Positions 53,827 to 64,000 of a DNA stretch of 64,000 nucleotides are shown one piece after another; the first letter of the stretch is position 1; the number at the start of each line of letters is the position of its first letter. Origin of the DNA: Mytilus edulis (Eukaryota); assembly GCF_963676685.1 (NCBI RefSeq), contig NC_092352.1:76012001-76076000 (forward strand), in the 5' to 3' direction. Below the pieces are notes generated by a model. The model was given only the letters and a program-made list of their open reading frames with translations. It was not told the origin of the DNA and did no database searches. The translations under genes were made by a program, and so were the position numbers.

Positions 53827-54803
53827 AGAGAACAACGTATTCATAAAATCTGAAGCATATAATCTAATAGAGTTAAATGGCTTTCATGTTCGATTCTAAG
53901 GAATCAAAGGTAGTCTAAACGAATCCTTTTTAGGTGGAACCTGTGTGAACATCTCAACTAAGCATTTGACTTTAGTTCCGTTATAATGTCTTGGCTCTGT
54001 GTTTTAGCATTTATTTTCATTTAAAAAACATTGATTTCATAAAAGTTAAGTACTTTGAAAGTGAATCCTGTTGATAATGTTTAGTTCATTACATCGCGCA
54101 ACTACTGTCATACAATTAAGAAGTTTAGCTAGCTATAAAACAAGGTTTAATCCACATTTTTTCTACATAAGAAAATGTCTGTGCTAAGTCGGGAATATTG
54201 CAGTTGTTATCCATTCGTTTGATGTGTTGCAGCTTTTGATCTTGCTATTTGGTTGGGGCTTTCCTTTTCGGGTTTTCCTCGGAGTTCAGTATTTTCTGAT
54301 TATACTTCTTAATTCGTTTGTTGCATCATAAATTCCTTTGTTAAATTGTGTCTGTCAACTTTAATGTTTCATTTTTCCAGAATGATTTGCTGTATCTGTT
54401 ATTACAAATCATTATAAATATCAACTCTAATGTTTCATTTTCCCTGAAAGATTTGCTGTATCTGTATTTACAAATCTTTGAAAACATGATTGATTTAAAA
54501 CCCTAATGCCTTGATATTGAAGAGGCTCGTCATTATGGTCATTTACTTATGGTCAAAGTAAATATTTTGTCAAAATATTATGAAAATTAAACGAGATACA
54601 ATATTATTAGTCAAGGTGTTTGGTACCACATTAATTCTTTTGTTGCATCATAAATCCCTTCGTTAAACTGTGTATGTCAACTCTAATGATTCATTCTTCC
54701 CGAAAGATTCGCTGTATCTGTTCTACAAAATTTTACAAATCTTTTAAAACATGATCGGTTTTAAAACCCCAATGCCTTTATATTGAAGAGGCTCGTCATC
54801 ATG

Positions 54804-55028
54804 GAGGCCCCTCATGGGGGGGTCCTAGTAATCACATAATCACCATTTTTTTGCCAATATAATCACATAATCATTAAATATTTGCTTATCTTTAGTAATC
54901 AAATAATCATAAACTAAAAATACAGTCCTAGGTAATCAAATAATCATGAAATATTTGGCTTAATAATCAAATAATCATTAAAAAAACGGCCAAGTAATCA
55001 CATAACCAAAAACCCCATGAGGGCCCTC
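54804..55028. mobile_element. MITE, 16-bp TIR, 6-bp TSD ATCATG
   Basis: GAGG(C/G)CCCTCATGGGG TIR; TSD at 54798-803 and 55029-34; internal taatca(a/c)ataatca repeats. Confidence 0.85.
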
Positions 55029-57691
55029 ATCATGGTGTAAAATATGATAGAAGCAGAAGAACTAAAAAAAGATCTAGGAACAGTATATATAACAATATAT
55101 ATGTTCCTGAACAAATGAAGAATACTTCAGTTGTTAAGTTTTAATTTAAAAAAATTTCATACACATTTCAGAAAAATGCCAAGAACATAAAACTTTTGCT
55201 TTTATATCTTTGTAACTAATCTGTGTTGAGTCTAACGTGATATAACATGCCTTCCAAATTGTACTGAAGATATGCAAACTATAAATAAATCAATCAAATC
55301 ACATGACAAAACAACTCTGGTCTACTGAGGTGGATAAATCATCTCTAGAATTTTTGTGGAGGTCACCTTGTGATTTTTGTCGCTGTTCAATTGGCGTTTA
55401 TCTCATTTTTGTGTTTGATTTAGACTTATTTTATAGAAATGGTTAAATCTAAAGTATGATGCAAAGAGCCGAACTTTGCTGAGACAATAGAAAAAAAAAC
55501 ATAAATCGAATAGTGAATAGTGACAGACTAGGTAAGAGACGGAAGGATATCAAAGTATAAGATACATGATTCGATATATTCTGCTAAATAAGCAAAATCA
55601 ACTATACTCAATAATAACATACATCAACAATTTAAACGCTATACGACTTCATATATCATAAGTCATGGGGGATATAACATCGCCTTTTTGCACTCGTCGC
55701 GATAAAATCAAGTCTTAACTTTCCGCACTCGAACTCAATTTCCGTAACTTTAAACAAAGTACCGATAATGGTTGGAATCGCTTGAAATCATTAGCGCAAT
55801 GAATAATCAAGTCAGCTTCTTATGATTTAAATTTTACTCGACAACTTACATCACTTTCCCATTCGTCAAATTGGTCGGATTATTACAAGAAAAGTACTTT
55901 TTATGTCTACGATCATTGTCGACTGAAAAAAATCATAAATGTACTTAAAAGTGGGAATCAATTGATCAATCCAGATCGAAAGAAAATAAATTAACACAAT
56001 TGTAGAAAATACGTCACTTCCTTGTTCAATACAGAAAAGTAATTAATCTAATTTAATAAAAATTCCTCTTGCCGCTGTTGAGTATCACTGTGAAACGGGT
56101 TGATTGTTGGTAATTTGAACTGACAACATTCTGATCTATTAACCTGTTGTATAAAACTTTAATAAGACAATCACCTGCATTTAAGTGAGAAATCACTACT
56201 CAGAGCGATTTTTAACTGAATTACATTGATGTAGAACGTGATACTGTCGAAGCGGAATCGTAGCAGGATCTTATCTGGATTATAGCAAGGTCGACTCGTG
56301 GTATGAACGTGGACACTATGAAATATTGCCGAATACCATGATCTCATCGCCATCTTATTATTTAATAGATCGTAATGGGATCTTGATGGTCTTGGTCTAG
56401 TATGATGGGAACTTAAGCTGTAGCATGCAGTATATCATTAAAAAAATATTGACAGTCAAGTTGCAGTCATCTGGAGTATTAAGATAGGTCTACATCTCAA
56501 AGTCAACCTGGATATCCTTGTCCGTCTCGTCATTCATATTTCGGCATCATCTTGTCATTCTTCACACTGAATCAAAACAGTATATTGTACAACGATTTAC
56601 TCCATGCAGGATGTCAAAATATATAATCAATTAGAATTTGTGGTTTCAGGAGTTCCAAATGAACACTTGGTAATTGATAAGAGGATACGTAGGAATAAAA
56701 AAATTGAACAGAAATACCGAACTCGAAGGTAAATTCAAAAGAGGGAATCTGTAGAAACTGACAAAACAAACATTAGACTTTATAAACTAACGGAAGGAGT
56801 GAGAAAAAACTCCTATTTCTGACACTAGTTTATATCTGTCTGCATTAACCTTTGTATCAATTTAACTTAAATATAACAGATTTGTGTGGACTTCCTCCGA
56901 ATAAAGAGCGTATACGTGAAAGTACATCTTGCATATAACTTAATGAAAGTAAGTTAAATCATTTTACCATGCTTGCCAAGTTCTATTATGTCAAACCAAC
57001 TCCTAAGAGAATAATGGAAATTACATATTATTATATAAAAGTAAGTTCGTCGAGCATATAAACGAAATAAAATAAACCATGAATATTTTTCAGTCGAGTA
57101 ATGCACTCAAGTCTTTTCGATCTTACTAAAATATTTTTCATTATATCGTAAAAAAAATTGACTTTCCTCTTAATTGATAGATTTTGGTTTTTAAGTGTAT
57201 CGTTAGTTTGGTGTCTTATTTATTTAAACTCACATTTCCTTTTAACTCAGGAGTCGAACTAAAGTAACATTAACTCTGTGACGGTAAAATCCTCACTACG
57301 AAGGGATGTCCGTTTGGTTCTGCAGGGTGTACATAAATACACAACAACATCCGGTATGGATAAGACATTAAATCCAATATCTTGTGTTATAATAGTTTCA
57401 TGCTTACTGCACGTCAACTAACTCCTACCTAAACAAATCTTCACCTATCCAGCATACCCCTTTTTCTCCACGGCATTTTAAATTTCCCACCCCCTTTTCT
57501 CTCTATTCACTATGCTGAATCTACATATTAATTGTTTTGTTGATTTGTTTATGTCTTAAAAATGCTTGACATGTTTTCCACATTACGATGAGCAAACACC
57601 ACTAAAATCATCCATCCTTTAAATTGAGGTTTAATAATTATAAACAGGTGTAAGGGGTAGAATTTGACCTTGCAAATAAAGTGTTGGTCCG

Positions 57692-57776
57692 GTTTATGCT
57701 TTCAGTTTCTATATGTTTATGTTTCACATTTCTATATGTTTATGCTTCACATTTCTATATGTTTATGCTTCACATT
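57692..57776. repeat. 23-bp minisatellite x3.5
   Basis: gtttatgcttcacatttctatat units. Confidence 0.85.
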
Positions 57777-58294
57777 TTGGTGATAATTTAAACTAATCTA
57801 CATGTATTTCCATTGTTCAACATTTCTACCCGACTTTTCACTTTCCATATTTAACAAGTTGTATATACCTGCCACTCTTCTTTCGAAAAATACGAATCAA
57901 TGATAACTTTTCGCGGAGAATAATTATAGTAACTACCAATACTGGACACTACAACAGAACACACTAACCACCAACATCCGACACCTCCGAAAAAAGGGAC
58001 ATACAAACAGAGACAACAAACAATACTACGTAGTTCAAATTACCTACAAATGTACAAGTCAGACATAGCATGAACACAAACATTTTAACTGATCAAAAAT
58101 CTTAAAAATAAAAATGATACCATTTAACGCAATCAATTGATTGATACATGTATGCATATAAGTATAACGAGTGCTTCATGTGTAATGATACCCAACTGAG
58201 TAGCACTCGTTCATACGTAACATTGTCTTGTAAATGCAAATGTTTATGAAGGAGAGAACCACCAAACTCAAAAAATTGTGAGTATGTTCCAAAT

Positions 58295-59220
58295 CTCTTT
58301 GCCATTCGAAACTTGAATCCTTCTCTTTTTTACGGTATACAAACTCCTAGAGCAGTCAATTACAACATGAACATCCAGTGATATTGTTTGTCTTAAATTA
58401 GTGGAGAATAAAGGCTTTTCCCCCTGGAGAAGAATCCCAATTTGAAAAAAAATTGGCTTAAAATTATTCCCAAAAAGACAACTTTTTTCCCAAACAGTGC
58501 AGTCTCAGTAGTAATTGTGCATGAATACAAACCGAGAAACACTCATTCAAACAATTTTCTTGCCTAAAATGACTGTATGTGCACATTTGAGGGTCTATTT
58601 ATGTATCATCACTGACAAAATGGGGTCTTATTTTAAAGCAGGGTTTGACTCTTGAAAATGGGTCTGTAAATTGAAGTTTGAGTCAAATTCATGGTTTATT
58701 TTAAATTTCCCAATTTAATGAAAATGACGCATACTTTCCCCCCCCAAAAAAGGGTAGAGGTAGTTTTGAAAAAAGCCAACAATATCACTGACATCAACTT
58801 TTGTACGTCCAAACAAAAACTACTGGGAGGGTTTAAAGAACACATGTATCAAGCATATCCCCTTTCGATAAAACTTTTACAAAGTAGAGAATCACCAAAG
58901 CCCACCCTCTCCAACAAAAATCTATTCTCTTTGCCATTTGAAACTTAAATCCTTCTTTTTATTACGGTACATAAACTCCCAGAGCAGTCAATTACAACAT
59001 GAACATCAACTTTTGTACGTCCAAACAAAAACTTTTGGGAGGGTTTAAAGAACACATTCATCAAGCATACCCCCTTTCGATAAAACTTTTACAAAGTAGA
59101 GAATCACCAAAGCGCCCCCCCTAAAAAAAATCTATTCTCTTTGCCATTTGAAACTTAAATCCTTCTTTTTATTACGGTACACAAACTCTCAGAGCAGTCA
59201 ATCACAACATGAACATCAAC
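58295..59220. repeat. ~210-bp tandem repeat (2.4 units) interrupted by a MITE
   Basis: gccatt(c/t)gaaactt at 58301, 58933 and 59143. Confidence 0.85.
58376..58790. mobile_element. MITE, 13-bp perfect TIR CAGTGATATTGTT, 5-bp TSD ACATC (hAT5-like)
   Basis: TSD at 58371-75 and 58791-95. The neighbouring repeat unit has a single ACATC (59003-07). Confidence 0.88.
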
Positions 59221-60996
59221 ATTTCAACTAATCTAATTGTACAAATAGAAATGTTACAATTTTCCGCAATCAATGCAATGCTTAAACTGTCCTTATATTA
59301 CCTCCACTAATCAATTTCTCATGATTTAAGCGACTAGTGTCCTGTATTAAGGCTCTTAATCTACGGACACAAATTAGTTTATCGACCCAGTTTTGTAATA
59401 GAAAATGCACAAGGGCCGTATGACTTTAATCAACGCCAAATCACTCCTTTATATATTATTTAGTGTCTGAAGCTATTACTGTTACGTCTGCTTTCAAAAG
59501 TTAAATTGCCATAATATGGAGCTTAAACTAACTGTAATTCCGTTAATTTCATGATAAAATGACTTTTCTACATGTAAATCAAGTTGGTTCTAATTTAAAG
59601 GAATTATCTAATTCCCGTTCTCAGTACAGTTCAGAAACACTATAGATCAAATAATCATATAATCTTACACAAATAAATGAAACAAATTCGCCATTACCAT
59701 TGTCACGTGAAATTTGGGAAATAATTGACAACAGACGTAAAAATGATATTGATATCTCGACATTTTATAAAAATATTTTTTGGAACATTAATTTCGAGCA
59801 TTGTCTTTCCTGTCCAACAACCAGATCGAGTCTCGGATGTTCATGGCTTACGATTGTTTGTTGAAAAAACTTTTGTCTCCGTTAATAAGTGCGCAAGAAG
59901 TCAACGAGGACTTAAAACGAACAAGAAAGTTGCCAATGCATTCTCTTTGTAGAGGCGACCTTAATAATGAACATAAACACATACAGTGCACTAATGGATA
60001 ATTTAATCTGGGAAACATGGGTGTATCTATTCTTTTAAATTTGGCTTTTAACTGCCATCACTATTATTTTGGTACATAGTGTTCATGCGTTTCGTCATTT
60101 AGTTAATTGCATTTGTGTTTAGTACCGAAAAGCTAAATTTATGTGACTTTTTTTAAGTCTTTTTTCCAGTACCAATTGAAATTTGATGTCCTATGTCCTG
60201 GTTGACACGGTTGTTGAATTTATGTATTAATTTTTTTCTTGTCTTGGACATTCATCAAATAGTTGCCAAAGGACAAAACCCAAAAGCAACCAGTCAGCCA
60301 ATCTAACTTCCACACTGTTCGTTTACTCGACATTATTTCGAAAATAGTCGCCGAAAGAACCAGTCAATCAATCTAACTTCAACACAGTTCGGTTACTCAA
60401 CATTGTTTGATCGCGATTTAGCAGAGTTTCCAACTTTTACCATCTATGTCATTTATAAAGTTATTTTGTATTAAGAAATTATTGAAATTCCAATGCCTAC
60501 GTCTTCATTGTAATGCATTCTTAGAAATTAAACACAAACAGGAAGTACATTAACTGCGAATCTGTCACCTTTTCAGTAAATAATGGTATTCAATCGTGTC
60601 CTCCCAATCGATTGTTCGGTTTGTTTGACTATTGGAAAGCCTTGTGGTATTGAAGATTCAAAAGTCAAGTGTAATATAACAGGATCATTCTGGGATTATT
60701 CATAATACTACAAATTGTTTTATAGCATTACACAAAGATTATTTTATAGTATAACACTTCTATAAGATTTCACTAAAGGTTATTTCATTTTAAATTAAAC
60801 CTTCATTGTTTAACAAGTATAAATAGGTATAAACTAAATTTATAATTAGCATCACAGTAGAGTGAGGGTTTAGCATTATTGTAGAATACATTTTAGTATT
60901 TTTAACATTACAACATATACATGTATATATATATATATATTTGCGAAATCAAATTTACATATCTAACATTGTTGGCTTGATCAACCCAACAATAAA

Positions 60997-61630
60997 AACA
61001 AGAACGTGTTCCCAGTATACACAGTTGCCCCATCCGCACTATCATTTTCTATGTTCATTGGACCGCGGAAATGGGGGGAAATCTCTAATTTGGCATTAAC
61101 ATTAAAAAAATCATGTCATAGGGAACATGTGTACGAAGTTTCAAGTTGATTGGACTTTAACTTCTTCAAAAACTACCTCGACCAAAAACTTTAACCTAAA
61201 GCGGGACAGACGGACGAACGGACGGACAGACCAGAAAACATAATGTCCATGAATGGATCATAAAAATCTTATTTGGCATTAAAATTAGAAAGATCATACT
61301 ATAGGGAACATGTATACAAAGTTTAAAGTTGAATGGACTTCAAATTCATCAAAAACTACCATGACCAAAAACTTTAACCTGAAACTTGCACTACCATTTT
61401 CTAGGTTTAGTGGACCGTGATATTGGGGTCAAAAGTCTAATTTGACTTTAGAATTGGAAAGATCATATCATAAGCAACAGGTGTACTAAGTTTCAAGTTG
61501 ATTGGATTTCAGCATCATCAAAAACTACCTTGACCAAAAACTTTAACCTGGAGCGGGACAGACGAACGGACGAACGGACAAACGAACGGAAAACATAATG
61601 CCCCTCTACTATCGTAGGTGGGGCATAAAA
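60997..61630. mobile_element. Helentron-associated (HINE/DINE-1/Pearl-like) non-autonomous element, partly tandem
   Basis: Internal ~165-bp core repeats, (ACGG/ACGA)n microsatellites at 61206-61232 and 61557-61590, and a terminal hairpin atgcccc...ggggcat in A-rich flanks. Confidence 0.7.
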
Positions 61631-61857
61631 AGAAGATGTGATGTGATTGCAAATGAGTCAACACTTCACTAGAGACCAAATGACATAGAACGGCCCAGAA
61701 ATGACAAATGTAAAACTATTCAATTGAATTACATGCTCCTGACTTGGGACAGGCACATGCACAAAGACTATGGCCGGATAAAACATGCAAGCGGGATCCA
61801 AAACCTCCAATAGAATTTGTTTTCAAGCGATACACTAAAATCAGGTTAAGCATTATA

Positions 61858-62089
61858 GGGGGTCTCATTGGGGGGTTCTGATCCCGGATCCCGCTTACTG
61901 TTTTTTTAGATTCCCGTATCCCGCTTACACTAGATTCTATGTGCGTAAGCAATTCTCTATTTTTTTGTAATTTCCCGGGTCCCGCAAGACCTCATTTCCC
62001 GTTTTCACGACACAATAATTTGACTTTCACGTTACACGCTTACAAAAAATCGGCAATCCCGCATCACGCTTAGCCCCAATGAGACCCAC
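61858..62089. mobile_element. MITE, 16-bp TIR, 6-bp TSD ATTATA
   Basis: G(G/T)GGGTCTCATTGGGG TIR; TSD at 61852-57 and 62090-95. Confidence 0.85.
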
Positions 62090-62095
62090 ATTATA

Positions 62096-62345
62096 CAATT
62101 AGGTATTAGTATTTAGCATTAAACTAAATTGTTTAAGCATTAAATTTGAATGAGTGTTTAGCCTCACACTATAATTAGTGCTTAGCTTACACTAAAGCAG
62201 TAGTTTGCATTATACCAGAGTGGGTGTTAGGCATAACATTAAAAAAATTGTTTAGCATTACAATCATCATGATTAATATTTAACATAACACTAAAATAAA
62301 TGCTAAGCATTGTTAAACAATACATTTTATGTTGAGCATAACGCT
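62096..62345. repeat. Degenerate ~21-24-bp minisatellite
   Basis: Recurring gtgtttagcattacacta-like units; similar units at about 60840-60915. Confidence 0.5.
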
Positions 62346-64000
62346 CAGAATTTAAAATACATATGTATGATACTTTCGGTAAACATTTGTTATACATATA
62401 AGGCATTAATTGTTTAATTGCATTATATTAGAATCATTAGAAAGGGTCGATCTTATCAGATATCATTGCAGCAAGTTACAACAACGCAAACTTAAAACTA
62501 GACCCATCCTGTTCTATAAAATTGTACTCCATTTTGTCGCGGTATCATCAGAATTACTTATAACAACAGACAAATTCATCCACAAAACTAACAGGTACCT
62601 ACTTACATCCAAAGACGGTTACAATTACTCATGTTTGCCTTTTACCAGATACATTACAATTATACAATTGAATTTACTACCTCCAAATATAGTACTTTCC
62701 CACTAAATACTTTTGGAAAACATTTTTTAAATATAGAATAGTAGTAGTTATGTAAATAGTTTCAACCATATGCTTTTGTAAATATTTTTAATTATCCTTC
62801 TCATGCGAAGCAGTTAGTACTCATTAAAATAATCACTAAATATGAAGTCATCATTATGAATTATTGTTGTTGGGACAGTAACCAAGTCTTGATCACTGGT
62901 GTACGTGTGTTAACGTATTTCTTGAAAAATGGCAATTGAGAGCTTAATTACTTTTCTTGGGTATGATAAGGAAACTATTGATCCACTTAAGTAAAGCAAA
63001 TACAGGGCATTCGTGCAGTTGAATGTCTGTTGAAAAGCAGAATTTCGCTCTCAATATGAAAATAAGAAGATGAGGTGTAATTGAAAATGTGACAACTCTC
63101 CACCAGAGACCAAACTGTTGCAGAAGTTAACAATCTTAATTAGATCACTGTATGGGTCAACAATGGGCAAAACTATATCACATAACCAGCTATAATTAAG
63201 ATAGAAAAAGGCCTCAAAATGACGAATGTGTAACAAACCAAACGAGAAAACGAACTACCTGATGTGCGACATAGCAATAAATAAAAAAACAAATATGATA
63301 TACAACAAAAACGACAACCACTGAAATTACAGCCTCCTGCCTTGAAACAGACACAACCTCCCTTCTTTATGAATTTACCAATTTCTCGACAGAGAAATCA
63401 AAATCTCTGAATACGACTGTCTATTCTACCAGTAGGACGTAATCCGTCAAGAAACCATCTAGACAGCAATCGAATGGCTAGTAACCGGTAGTTTTATCAT
63501 CTTAATAAGGCAATAAATCTAAATGTCATGCTCTGGATTATTGTAAGATGAAATTTGACCGCTAATGCAGACGACAATTACATTTCCGCCATCTTTGTTT
63601 ACTTAAACGCATGCTTGCAGACGATATATACAATGCATGTCTAATAAGGAATGTCCAAATCAATACTAATCTTTAAATCATTTCATGGGCATGCATAGAA
63701 ATGACAGGCGATTAAAACAAGATGGAATGCATAGAAGAAAATTCATAAAATTCGTTAATAGGTTTTATATCAAGTTCATGCAGGGAGTGCATATATATAT
63801 AGTCTATGATTAAAACACTAACGTAGATCAAACAAGATGTACACTAGTAATTTGCTCAATTTTCTCATTTACTTGATCATCACAGAACTCCTACAAGTGA
63901 ACAAACATATATGCATTACACATATAAAAAAAAATGGCGGTTAATGATATCAATTTTCTTTTTATTTACTGTCATTGATCGTTTTTATGTTTGTGTACAA

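Overview
This is AT-rich animal genomic DNA. The repeat content is most consistent with a bivalve such as a Mytilus mussel, which is an inference rather than a search result. The only protein-coding gene I can support is the 3' part of a stargazin/TARP-like (CACNG family) gene on the minus strand. It has three phase-1 exons (7258-7350, 6578-6718, 1864-2453) and ends in the PDZ ligand RRTTPV. Its TM1/GLW-motif exon was not found, so 7351-64000 is probably one very large intron. That interval is full of short dispersed repeats, many carrying self-cleaving ribozymes. First, several repeat families with different outer sequences share a circularly permuted (type P5) twister ribozyme fold whose stems and both pseudoknots covary between families. 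Second, tandem retrozyme units of about 350-370 bp and smaller elements carry type I hammerhead ribozymes in three covarying core variants. Decayed Penelope-like RT fragments, the likely mobilising machinery, lie among them. Also present are several MITEs with definable TIRs/TSDs, two of them with their empty site in the window, a Helentron/HINE-like element, foldback palindromes and minisatellites. All structures were assigned by eye and need covariance-model and biochemical confirmation.
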